Positions 46,946 to 55,955 are shown, counted from the first letter of the stretch. The stretch is 64,000 bases of DNA from Alcanivoracaceae bacterium (GCA_023146255.1 JAGLCJ010000016.1:14478-78477), one strand, 5' to 3'. Numbers and translations: made by a program. Notes: a model not told the origin generated them from the letters alone.

Positions 46946-47919
46946 TTCCCTACCACGGCTGTCAGCATCGCGGTCAGGCCGGGCATTACGAGTCCTGGTT
47001 TCTTCGCGCCAATCATCCGTCGAAGCCGCAGGCATTCTGGATCCGCTACACCCTGTTTGTGCCGAAAGACAACCGGCCCTCGCTGGGTGAGCTGTGGGCG
47101 ATCTGGTTTGATGGCGAGCAGGACCGGGTGGTGGCGGTGAAGCAGGAGCACCCGCTCGACGGTTGCAGTTTCAGCCATGACAAGATGTCGGTGCGGATCG
47201 GCGATGCCGAACTCGACAGCCACCGTTTGAAAGGCAGCGCCAAACACAATGGCCACGAGATCCGCTGGTGTCTGGGCTACGAAGGCGAGCCGGAGCCGCT
47301 GCTGTTTCTGCCGGAAAATCTCTATAGCACCAAACTGCCGAAAGCGAAGTCGGTGGTCAGCCGGCCGCAGGTGCAGTACCGCGGCAAGATCACTGTCGAT
47401 GGCGAGGAGATGGTGGTCGATCACTGGCCCGGCAGCGAGAACCACAACTGGGGCAGCCAGCACACCGACCGCTATGCCTGGGGACAGGTGGCGGCCTTTG
47501 ATGATGCCCCGGGGGCTTTTCTGGAATGCATCACCGCACAGGTCAAGGTCGGGCCGCTGCGCTCGCCGTGGATGAGCATTGCCTGCCTGCGGCTGGAAGG
47601 CCGCGATTACCTGTTCAACAGCCTTGGCCGGGCGTTCCGCGCCGACGGCAGCTACCACTTTTTTGACTGGCAGATGAGCACCAGCAACGGCCGGGAGAGC
47701 CTGAGCGTGTCGATCAGCGCACCCGCCAGCCACTTCACCGCCCTGACCTATTACAACCCTCCCAAGGGCAGCAAAACCTGCCTGAACAGCAAGATCGCCC
47801 GCTGCGAGGCACGGTTCAGCCAGCCCGGCCAGCCGGAGCGCATCCTCACCAGCGCCCACGGCGCTGCCTTCGAGATCCTCACCGAGCGGAACGATCACGG
47901 TATCCCGCTGTCCGTCTGA
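46942..47919 (+). CDS. Hypothetical protein (325 aa), possibly tocopherol-cyclase-like / beta-barrel hydratase fold
   Basis: The ATG overlaps the upstream stop (ATGA). Blocks HYESWFLRANHP...FWIRYT and DHWPGSENHNWGSQHTDRYAWGQ recall the FEGWYF... and EKNWG...W.W.Q blocks of the tocopherol cyclase family. This is from memory and unverified. The 367-aa antisense ORF is Ala/Gly/Arg-rich and was rejected. Confidence 0.6.
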   Translation: MIPYHGCQHRGQAGHYESWFLRANHPSKPQAFWIRYTLFVPKDNRPSLGELWAIWFDGEQDRVVAVKQEHPLDGCSFSHDKMSVRIGDAELDSHRLKGSAKHNGHEIRWCLGYEGEPEPLLFLPENLYSTKLPKAKSVVSRPQVQYRGKITVDGEEMVVDHWPGSENHNWGSQHTDRYAWGQVAAFDDAPGAFLECITAQVKVGPLRSPWMSIACLRLEGRDYLFNSLGRAFRADGSYHFFDWQMSTSNGRESLSVSISAPASHFTALTYYNPPKGSKTCLNSKIARCEARFSQPGQPERILTSAHGAAFEILTERNDHGIPLSV

Positions 47920-48053
47920 GCCGCCGACGGCGTTGCCGTCGGCGTCAGAAGTGCGCATTGGCTCACAAAACGCTAGTATCGAAGGTCCGCTCTCCGGTTG
48001 GCTTTGAAGCCGGCCGGGCCGGCAAGGATGAGACCATTACCAGGGTACGCGCC

Positions 48054-49580
48054 ATGGCAGGCAGTACAGCAGGATTGCATCAGGTGGGTGTCAGTATCAG
48101 GGACAAGTTCGTCAATGTGCGTCGCAATCTGAGCGACAGCCTCGGCCCCCTTCTGCCCGACTATTTTCCGGTGGCCTGGAAACTGGGCCTGTCGATTTCT
48201 ATCATGATTCTACTGGGCATGGCGGTGCTGGGCAGCCTGATCATGAACAGTCAGCTTGACCGGATGCAACAGCAAGCCGATCAGTTTGGCAGCACGCTGG
48301 CCCAACAGCTGGCCGATACCACCCGCGAGCCGTTGCTGGCAGAAGACACCTTCAGCCTGAACATCATTCTCGGCAACCTGATGCAGAGCGATTCGCTACG
48401 CGGCGCGGCACTGTTTGATCGCCACGGCAATCTGATCGAGCAGGCCGGCACTCTGCCTCAGGACATTCTGCCCACCGCTGGCGGCAGCCTGCTGCGCTGG
48501 CGTAGTGGCAATGAAATGCTGACCACCTATTTTGCTCCGGTACGCATCAACGACCTGACTGCCGGGCACGCTGCAGTGAGCGTTTCGCGCGCACCGATTG
48601 ATGCCGCCCGTCAGGAGGTGCGCAGCGCCATTTTGACTGCCACGCTGGTGATGAGCCTGATCGCCATCGTCGTCGCCTTTCTGGTTAGCCGGCGATTGTC
48701 GCAACCCATTCATGATTTGCTCGAGGCGGCCAGCGCGCTGCGCGACGGCAATCTGGAATTCCGTTTGTCCGATCGCCGTAATGACGAGATTGGTCAGCTG
48801 GTGGACGCTTATCACAATATGGCTTCCGGACTGCTGGAAAAAAATCAGGTGGAGAAAGTGCTGTCACGCTTTGTCAGCCCTACAGTGGCAAAAAAGATGA
48901 TGGCCGACCTGAAGCAGGTATCGCTCGGTGGCCGCGAAGTGGAAGCCACGGTGGTGTTTGCCGACATCGTCGGCTTCACCAGACTGTCGGAAAGCATTAC
49001 TCCGGATGCAGTGGCTGAATTGCTGAACGCTTACTTCGATGCGATTTCCATGGCGGCAACCTTCTACCGTGGCACCATCGACAAATACATGGGTGATTGC
49101 GCCATGATCGTGTTCGGCGTACCAGAGGATGATGCCGAGCATGCCTACCACGGTCTGTGCTGCGCGGTGATGATCCAGCGCCTGGTTGATCGCCTGAACA
49201 TCATGCGCCAGCGCCGCGGCCTGACCACGGTGAGTTTCCGCATCGGCATCAACTCCGGCAACATGCTGGCGGGCAACCTGGGCTCCCATGACCGAATGCA
49301 GTACACCGTGGTGGGCGACTCGGTGAATCTGGCTTCACGCCTGTCGAATATGGCCAGCGCCGGGGAAGTGGTGGCATCGGAAGAGATGGTGTCCAATCCG
49401 AATGTTCGTCCACGAGTGCGGCTGCGGCAATCCGGGGCCATGCGAATTCGCGGCCGCAACGAGTCGGTCAATACTTTTATCGTTGAAGGCGTACACGCAC
49501 AATCAGAGACGCTGATGGAACAGCGCATCGCCACCTTTATCAATCAGCTGATGGATACACCACGACGTGCTGCCGAATAA
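48054..49580 (+). CDS. Membrane-bound class III adenylate/guanylate cyclase with HAMP domain
   Basis: ORF 47958 (TTG)..49580 provisionally trimmed to ATG 48054, so the start is uncertain. Two TM segments flank a periplasmic segment. HAMP (NDEIGQLVDAYHNM) and cyclase blocks VVFADIVGFT, KYMGDCAMIVFG and VVGDSVNLASRL. Confidence 0.82.
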   Translation: MAGSTAGLHQVGVSIRDKFVNVRRNLSDSLGPLLPDYFPVAWKLGLSISIMILLGMAVLGSLIMNSQLDRMQQQADQFGSTLAQQLADTTREPLLAEDTFSLNIILGNLMQSDSLRGAALFDRHGNLIEQAGTLPQDILPTAGGSLLRWRSGNEMLTTYFAPVRINDLTAGHAAVSVSRAPIDAARQEVRSAILTATLVMSLIAIVVAFLVSRRLSQPIHDLLEAASALRDGNLEFRLSDRRNDEIGQLVDAYHNMASGLLEKNQVEKVLSRFVSPTVAKKMMADLKQVSLGGREVEATVVFADIVGFTRLSESITPDAVAELLNAYFDAISMAATFYRGTIDKYMGDCAMIVFGVPEDDAEHAYHGLCCAVMIQRLVDRLNIMRQRRGLTTVSFRIGINSGNMLAGNLGSHDRMQYTVVGDSVNLASRLSNMASAGEVVASEEMVSNPNVRPRVRLRQSGAMRIRGRNESVNTFIVEGVHAQSETLMEQRIATFINQLMDTPRRAAE

Positions 49581-50598
49581 ACTGCTTGCTGTTCTGTTCG
49601 TTGCTGCTGCAATGGCGGGCTGCGTTGGCCCGGTGCCAATGCATGTGGATGCCGAGGAGGAGCTGGCAGCAGCAAGAAAGGCCGGCGATCATGTCCGGGC
49701 TCTGGAAATTGTCGAGCACATCTCAGCGCAACATCCCCAGTACGATGCCCTGATCAAGCAGCGCGAAGCGGTGCTGCAAGATATCGAAAAGCATCAGCAC
49801 GCCCGCATCAGGGAAGCCGGCAACCTTGCCTCCAGTGGTCGCTGGCAGGAAGCCTTTGCAGTGATGGACGAGCTTGATCGACAGTGGCGCGGCAGCGGCC
49901 TGATTGCTCAGGCGCGTCATGATCTTGAGGAACGACAGATGCTTCGCTATCACCAGCTTGCTGCAGACGTGCTGGTATCGGAAGCAAAGTGGATTATCAG
50001 CCAGCAAGCGAGCAAGGAGCAGTTACGCACCCTGACTGAGCGCGATGCCAACAGCCTTGTACAGCAGCTGGAAGAACGCCAGATCAATGTCGCCGAACAG
50101 ATGAACCGACTCGGCCATTATTTTGCCGACAGAAAGGATTGGCCACGCACCCGTGATCTGCTTGGTAATGCACGCGCGCTGAGTGGCGTGGAGGAACGTG
50201 ATCCGCGACTGACAGAAGCAGAGCGACAACTGGCAGGGGCTGCCCACCGGCAGGAACGACTGATCGCACAACGCACCAGCCAGCGAGCCGACACCCTGAT
50301 TGAGCAGTACCGGAAAACTGAATCCATCAAGGATCTGATTGCCGCCCGTGATTACCTGCAAAGCAACAATCAGGATGGCAGTCTGGATGAGGAAGCGACT
50401 CGACTGGAAAGCCTGTCACGGGAGCGGTTCCGGGCTGGCCTGAAAGGGGGGGACAGTCTGTATGCGGCCGGCGACTATGCCGCTGCGGAAAAAGTCTGGA
50501 AGGAAGTTGCGCCACTCTACCCCAATGATGCCGAACTGGCTGGCAAGCTGGAGCGGGTCAGCAAGGTACTGGAAAACCTGAAAACACTGGGACGCTGA
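49567..50598 (+). CDS. Helical lipoprotein (343 aa), translationally coupled to the cyclase
   Basis: The GTG start overlaps the cyclase 3' end by 14 nt. Lipobox AAAMAGC. Long helical, TPR-like sequence. I recognise no family. Confidence 0.6.
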   Translation: MLPNKLLAVLFVAAAMAGCVGPVPMHVDAEEELAAARKAGDHVRALEIVEHISAQHPQYDALIKQREAVLQDIEKHQHARIREAGNLASSGRWQEAFAVMDELDRQWRGSGLIAQARHDLEERQMLRYHQLAADVLVSEAKWIISQQASKEQLRTLTERDANSLVQQLEERQINVAEQMNRLGHYFADRKDWPRTRDLLGNARALSGVEERDPRLTEAERQLAGAAHRQERLIAQRTSQRADTLIEQYRKTESIKDLIAARDYLQSNNQDGSLDEEATRLESLSRERFRAGLKGGDSLYAAGDYAAAEKVWKEVAPLYPNDAELAGKLERVSKVLENLKTLGR

Positions 50599-50600
50599 TA

Positions 50601-50628
50601 CTGCCCGGCGACGGACGCCACCGGGCAG
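50601..50628. terminator. Hairpin between convergent lipoprotein and FHA genes
   Basis: CTGCCCGG-N12-CCGGGCAG with no T tract. Confidence 0.4.
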
Positions 50629-50634
50629 TGCGCA

Positions 50635-51609
50635 TCAGGACATCACAAACCAGGCAACACCGATCAATCCGGCCACCGCCACCGCCGCGACAATCAGGCC
50701 CACCTTGCTGGAACTGCTGCCGGACTGAACCGGCGCAGGCGCAGGTCTGGTGGCGGCAGGCTGTGCCGGCTTGGTGGCAGCTGGCTTGGCTGCCGGTGCT
50801 GCAGCAGGACGGGCCGGGGCAGCCGTAGCCGCAGCCGGCTGACCGGCCGCCGGTGCGGCCGTGACCGCCGGACGGAACATGGTCTTGTCGCCGGCGGTTT
50901 CTTCCACCACCGGGGCTTCCGGCGCCTCGACCTGAAACACCAGCGTGTCGAAACGCAATTCGTCGCCCGGATTGACCACGCCTTCCTGCACCTTCTTGCG
51001 GTTGACATAGGTGCCGTTGGACGAGCCCAGATCTTTCACATGCAGGCGGCCGCTCTGGAAATACAGTTCGGCATGCTGGCGCGATACATGGGTACCGGGC
51101 AGCACGATATCGCAGGTTTGCGAGCGACCGAGTATGGCGCGACCAGTCGGAGGAATCGGGAAAGCCTCACCAGCGATGGACCCGGTCTTGCCGCGCAGCA
51201 ACCAGCCCACCGGGACACCGCCCACGCCCGGGCCACTGGCCTGCCGGTTGGAGACACTGAGGCCTTGCAGGGCCGGAGAAATTGCCGTGGCGGAGTCTTC
51301 CGGCTGAGCCTTGAGCTGCTCCTTCGGGTCAACCAGATGCAGTTCCGACTTGTTCAGGCGAATAACATCGCCCGCGCGTAACTGGGTACGCGCCTTGATC
51401 TGCTTGTCGTTGACGAAGGTGCCGCTGATGCTGCCGGCATCGGTAATGAAAACCCGGTCATCATCCTCTACCCGCAGTTCGGCATGGAAATTACTGATGC
51501 CTTCCTCGTCGATAACGATGTCGTTCGACTTGTCACGCCCCATGGCGTAACGGGAATCCACCAGCCAGATGGCCGCCTTGCGGTGATCCTTGAATTGCAG
51601 CTTCAGCAT
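50635..51609 (-). CDS. Double-FHA-domain protein with Ala/Pro-rich linker and C-terminal TM anchor
   Basis: 324 aa. FHA 1 has GRDKSNDIVIDEEGISNFHAEL...SGTFVND. FHA 2 has LGRSQTCDIVLPGTHVSRQHAEL...SSNGTYVN. A linker of about 60 aa follows (AAPAAGQPAAATAAPARPAAAPAAKPAATKPAQPAATRPAPAP), then the terminal helix VGLIVAAVAVAGLIGVAWFVM. Confidence 0.85.
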   Translation of the reverse strand: MLKLQFKDHRKAAIWLVDSRYAMGRDKSNDIVIDEEGISNFHAELRVEDDDRVFITDAGSISGTFVNDKQIKARTQLRAGDVIRLNKSELHLVDPKEQLKAQPEDSATAISPALQGLSVSNRQASGPGVGGVPVGWLLRGKTGSIAGEAFPIPPTGRAILGRSQTCDIVLPGTHVSRQHAELYFQSGRLHVKDLGSSNGTYVNRKKVQEGVVNPGDELRFDTLVFQVEAPEAPVVEETAGDKTMFRPAVTAAPAAGQPAAATAAPARPAAAPAAKPAATKPAQPAATRPAPAPVQSGSSSSKVGLIVAAVAVAGLIGVAWFVMS

Positions 51610-51731
51610 ATCCCCTTTAACTCCTTGCCGGGTTCCGTGTCAGTAACGGGTGCCGCCGACCCCCCGTGGGCCAAATCCAAGCCCCGAATATACGGGACAT
51701 CCGGGGCCAAAGTGAATCATTGTATGACCAC

Positions 51732-53834
51732 TCAGGGTGCCGGTGCGACGATCTCCTCGGCCTCCTCCTGCGCCGTTGACTCGCCCTGTATCGGCTCGGC
51801 AGCCTCCTTGACGGCGCCGAGATCACTCTGCTCCGGGTAACGATCCTGTAGCCACTGCTGCATTTCTTCCGGAATCTCGCTGCGGCCTTCGAACAACTGC
51901 TCGACATCCTGCGGCAGTGGCTCGCGCACAGTCGGTTTCAGCTCGCCATTTCGGGTCGGTTTGAACTGCAGCGCAGTAATGCCGAGATAGCGCTGACGGG
52001 TGACACTGAGGGCGTCGACCCGGTCATCAAGAATGGTCGGCCGCAGGAAAACCATCAGGTTACGCTTGATCTTGTTGGTGCTGGTGGAGCGGAACAAAAT
52101 GCCGAGCACCGGAATGCTGCCAAGGATAGGCACCTTGCGTACTGTTTTCTCACTGTCATCGCGAATCAGGCCGCCGAGCACGATGGTTTCCAGATTGTCC
52201 GCCAGCACGGTGGTGTTGATCGAGCGCTTCGAGGTGATGATATCGGCAGCATTAACACCGGATACCGAGCGCTGCACATCGGAGACTTCCTGTTCCAGCA
52301 CCAGTCGCACGGTTTGTGGCCCAGCCAGATGCGGGGTCACTTTCAGGGTGATACCAACGTCTTCGCGCTGAATGGTGGTAAAGGGGTTGGTTACGCCGGC
52401 ACCGGTACTGGTGCTCTGCCCGGTCACGAACGGTACGTTCTGACCGACGATGATCGAGGCTTCCTGGTTATCCAGCGTCATCACGCTCGGCGTCGACAGC
52501 AGGTTGACCGCACTGCTGGAAGCCAGCGCCTGCAGGAAGCCGCCCCAACGCAAATTGCCGTCGCTGTCGAGCTCACCGCCACCCACACTAATGCCATCGC
52601 CAAGTGATGGCGGCGCACCGGTAACAATACCGGCGGCAATATCGTTCAGGCTGGTGCCGAAGTTGGAGAAGTTGATCCCGCCGACACCCTTTTCGGTATC
52701 CCCTGCGGCCCACTGGAAACCCAGATTAAGGCCGTTGTCGCCGCCGACTTCGACAATCGCCGCTTCGATCAGGATCTGGGCACGCCGCACATCAAGCTGG
52801 GCAATCACATTACGCAGCTCGTTCATCATGCCAGGCTCGGCACGAATGATCAGGGCGTTAAGCGATTCATCAGCCTGAATTGACACTTTGCTTGCCGCCG
52901 CCGCAGAGCCGGCCGCCTTCTCGGTACCACCGCCCGGCGCGGCGCCGTCGGCAAAGTTCTTCAGTAGCTCCGCGGTTGCCTTGGCATCAGCATTGGCAAG
53001 CCGGATCACCTGCACGCCACTACCCTGATCCTGCGGCACGTCCATTTCCATCACCAGCGAACGGATCCTGTCGCGGGCCTCACTGTCACCTTTGACAATC
53101 AACCGATTGGTGCGCTCATCCGCCACCAGCGTGACACTGGAGGGCTGATCCTTGCGCTTGCCACCGCGTTCCGGGATCAGGTTTTCCAACAGCTTGATCA
53201 GATCGCCAGCCCAGGCATGTTCCAGCGCGATCATCTCCACTTCCTGTGAATCAGCGTTGTCGAGCAACGCCATGATCGCTTCCATACGCCGGATATTATC
53301 GGCGTGGTCGCTGATAATCAGGGCATTGGCAGAGCTGACCGAGGCCAGATGGCCGTACTGCGGCACCAGCGGTCGCAGCACCGGCACCAGCTCGTCCACC
53401 GGCGTATTCATCACCGGAATTACCCGGGTAATCAGCTCCTCACCCTTGACGCTGCGCGACTGGGTCAGCGGCAGATTGCCCTGCTTTGCGGTGGTGTTGT
53501 TGACGATCTTGATGACATCGCCGGCCGGGACGGCGGCATAACCATGCACCTGCAACACTGACAGGAACAGCTCGTACACCTCGGCCGACGATAATGCCTG
53601 ACTGGAAATGACGGTGACATCGCGGCTGCGCACACGCGGATCGACGACAAAACTCTTGCCGGTCATTTCCGCTACCTGAGTAATAAATGCCTGCAGGTCT
53701 GCATTGCGGATATTGACTGTCCAGGTCTTGCCGTCGCCGACGGGTTTGACCGCAGTGTTTGCCCATGCCGGTGTAGCCAGTGCCACCATCAGCACCAGCA
53801 TGCCTGTTTTCTTTGCCATTTCTTTCATTGCCAT
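51732..53834 (-). CDS. gspD: Type II secretion system secretin GspD
   Basis: 700 aa with a signal peptide and an N0 domain (WTVNIRNADLQAFITQVAEMTGKSFVVDP). Secretin C-domain blocks VPILGSIPVLGILFR are present. The exact start among M1/M3/M6 is uncertain. Confidence 0.92.
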   Translation of the reverse strand: MAMKEMAKKTGMLVLMVALATPAWANTAVKPVGDGKTWTVNIRNADLQAFITQVAEMTGKSFVVDPRVRSRDVTVISSQALSSAEVYELFLSVLQVHGYAAVPAGDVIKIVNNTTAKQGNLPLTQSRSVKGEELITRVIPVMNTPVDELVPVLRPLVPQYGHLASVSSANALIISDHADNIRRMEAIMALLDNADSQEVEMIALEHAWAGDLIKLLENLIPERGGKRKDQPSSVTLVADERTNRLIVKGDSEARDRIRSLVMEMDVPQDQGSGVQVIRLANADAKATAELLKNFADGAAPGGGTEKAAGSAAAASKVSIQADESLNALIIRAEPGMMNELRNVIAQLDVRRAQILIEAAIVEVGGDNGLNLGFQWAAGDTEKGVGGINFSNFGTSLNDIAAGIVTGAPPSLGDGISVGGGELDSDGNLRWGGFLQALASSSAVNLLSTPSVMTLDNQEASIIVGQNVPFVTGQSTSTGAGVTNPFTTIQREDVGITLKVTPHLAGPQTVRLVLEQEVSDVQRSVSGVNAADIITSKRSINTTVLADNLETIVLGGLIRDDSEKTVRKVPILGSIPVLGILFRSTSTNKIKRNLMVFLRPTILDDRVDALSVTRQRYLGITALQFKPTRNGELKPTVREPLPQDVEQLFEGRSEIPEEMQQWLQDRYPEQSDLGAVKEAAEPIQGESTAQEEAEEIVAPAP

Positions 53835-53845
53835 CGCCTGGGTTC

Positions 53846-54751
53846 CTACGGCGGATAATTCACGGTGAAGCGCTGTGCGCCCCGTTGTACCACGATGCTT
53901 GCAGCACCGGAGTTACGAAATTCCTGCAAGGCGGCGATGTCACCGCCCTCATCGCCAAGCGTCCGGCCATTCACCGAGACGATTACATCGCCCGGCCGCA
54001 GGCCGACCTGTTGCAACACTGCTGCCGGCGCATTGGCGCCAATCAGATAACCCTCGCCGTCCGCCGGCGCCAGCCCCATCTGCTGAATGATCATGGCCCG
54101 CTGCGCCGACAGGTCCTCGCTGGCGTTATCCAGCATCTGCTGTGGCACAGGTTGCGTGTCTATTGGCGACCGCCCCGGGAAGTTATTCCGCAGATCGAGA
54201 CGTTGCGGTCGCTCCGCTGTCTCCCCGGCGGTTTGCTGAACGCCACCCAGTTCCGGCTCTTTCAATCGCAGCGCCTCGCGCTGACCGGCTCGCAGCAGGA
54301 TTACCCGGTCGGCAAGAATTTCTTCCAGCGTGGCATTCCCTGGCACCCGCGAGCCGACCCGGAACAACTCACCTTCCTTGCCCTGCTCGGCGATGATGGC
54401 GCCAGCCTGAGCGCTGTCAGGATGCTGGAACAGGCCCAGCAACTCCAGTCGCAAGCGGGTATCCGGCGCGGTCTCCACGGCAGCCACGCCAACATTTTCC
54501 CCTGGTCTGCCAAAAACTTCCCAGCTGCGGATGCGATCGGCAGCAATGCTGCCGGACTGCCCCCTCTTAGCCACCTCGACGACCGGCAAAGGCGGCTCTG
54601 CAGAGACCACCACGGGCCCACTGACAAATAACCAGACGCTATCAGCAACCCACCAGGCCAGCCAGACCGCCAGCAACAGAGCGGCCAGAAGCTGCACCGG
54701 TCGCTCGGCCTGAACAAGATGGCGGGAGATGGCAGGGCTGATCACATTCAT
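53846..54751 (-). CDS. gspC: Type II secretion system protein GspC
   Basis: 301 aa with an N-terminal TM helix and a C-terminal PDZ (GLRPGDVIVSVNGRTLGD). It lies directly upstream of gspD. Confidence 0.8.
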   Translation of the reverse strand: MNVISPAISRHLVQAERPVQLLAALLLAVWLAWWVADSVWLFVSGPVVVSAEPPLPVVEVAKRGQSGSIAADRIRSWEVFGRPGENVGVAAVETAPDTRLRLELLGLFQHPDSAQAGAIIAEQGKEGELFRVGSRVPGNATLEEILADRVILLRAGQREALRLKEPELGGVQQTAGETAERPQRLDLRNNFPGRSPIDTQPVPQQMLDNASEDLSAQRAMIIQQMGLAPADGEGYLIGANAPAAVLQQVGLRPGDVIVSVNGRTLGDEGGDIAALQEFRNSGAASIVVQRGAQRFTVNYPP

Positions 54752-54756
54752 TCTCG

Positions 54757-55476
54757 TTATGGTGCCAGCTGCTGGCTGGTTTCAAATACTACATCAGTCG
54801 GGCTTCCGCCCTGACTCACTCCAAGCAGTGCCGGCCAGGCCCGGTAGACCCGCAGCCGGGCACTTTCGTTCGTCAACTGGCCATCGGCCAGCAAGACGCT
54901 GTCTGGAGAGCGCACCTCTAATACAGCCGCCTCTCCGTCCTGACGCAAGTTACCGGTCAGTACCGGGATCTCAGCGCCCTGTCCCGGCGCCCAGGAAATC
55001 CTGCCGCCAGAATAGGAAAGCATGGCCTCGGCCCCGTGTGGCGCGCCGTCCGTCCACTGCAGACCAAGTCCGCGCACTGTGGCAAGGCCTTCCGCCGACA
55101 CATTGGGCATGCCCTGAACCAGTGGCGCCACCGGCACCACAATATCGACGCCGGCCAAACTGACGCCGGCTGGTGCAGCGCCCACCCATCCGGTCGCAAC
55201 AATATCGCCGGAGACAGTCAGGTCCGCACCAAACGACAGGCCGCGCCAGGACGTTTCCCAGCGCAGACTGCCAGACAAGGCCTGCCACTGCCAGCGGGCA
55301 TTGCCCTGCCAGAGACGTCCCTCGATACGGGAAAGCTGCAACGCAGCAGGGCCCAACTGGATGCCGTTCAGAGGTGCCAATACCGGCCTCGCCGGCAGCA
55401 TGACCACAGCCCAGACCAGCACCGCAAACAGCAGTACCGCCAGCCAGATGCCGGGCCTGATGATCCGGTCCTTCAC
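54757..55476 (-). CDS. gspN: Type II secretion system protein GspN
   Basis: 239 aa, GTG start. N-terminal TM followed by GspN-like sequence (LQLSRIEGRLWQGNA...). The family call is from memory of the T2SS-N pattern. Confidence 0.65.
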   Translation of the reverse strand: MKDRIIRPGIWLAVLLFAVLVWAVVMLPARPVLAPLNGIQLGPAALQLSRIEGRLWQGNARWQWQALSGSLRWETSWRGLSFGADLTVSGDIVATGWVGAAPAGVSLAGVDIVVPVAPLVQGMPNVSAEGLATVRGLGLQWTDGAPHGAEAMLSYSGGRISWAPGQGAEIPVLTGNLRQDGEAAVLEVRSPDSVLLADGQLTNESARLRVYRAWPALLGVSQGGSPTDVVFETSQQLAP

Positions 55477-55484
55477 GATCGCGC

Positions 55485-55955
55485 TCAGAACGGAATGTCG
55501 TCGTCAAAGTCACCTGACGGAGCGGCATAGCCACCGCCCGCCGCTGCCGCTGGAGCAGCACCAGACTGCGCCGGCGCCGAGTAGCCACCCTGACGCGGCT
55601 GCGCACTACCGCCCTCACCCCGGCCGTCCAGCATCTGCATTTCGCTGACCACGATCTCGGTCGTGTAGCGGTCCTGACCGTCCTGCCCCTGCCACTTGCG
55701 GGTACGAAGACTGCCTTCAACGTATACCTTGCTGCCCTTCTTCAAGTACTCGCCGGCAATTTCGGCCAGCTTGTTGAAGAACACCACCCGGTGCCACTCG
55801 GTCCGCTCTTGCATCTGACCAGTCTGCTTGTCCTTCCATGATTCGCTGGTGGCCAGACTGACATTGGTCACGGCACCACCACTGGGGAGGAATTTTGTCT
55901 CCGGGTCATTACCCAGATTACCGATCAGGATTACCTTGTTTACTCCGCGCGCCAT
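55485..55955 (-). CDS. ssb: Single-stranded DNA-binding protein
   Basis: 156 aa with an OB fold ([19 protein letters not shown]) and a Gly/Pro/Gln-rich tail ending DFDDDIPF. Confidence 0.95.
   Translation of the reverse strand: MARGVNKVILIGNLGNDPETKFLPSGGAVTNVSLATSESWKDKQTGQMQERTEWHRVVFFNKLAEIAGEYLKKGSKVYVEGSLRTRKWQGQDGQDRYTTEIVVSEMQMLDGRGEGGSAQPRQGGYSAPAQSGAAPAAAAGGGYAAPSGDFDDDIPF

Noticed and set aside
46855-47958. 367-aa minus-strand ORF covering the whole 325-aa plus-strand gene
   Set aside because: I considered it as the real gene. Its composition (long Ala/Gly/Val/Arg runs) is antisense-like. The plus-strand ORF has balanced composition, is ATGA-coupled to its upstream neighbour and has recognisable blocks.
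54971-55720. 249-aa minus-strand ORF overlapping gspN and ssb in another frame
   Set aside because: It is Arg/Gly/Cys-rich and overlaps ssb, which is certain. It is a frame artefact.
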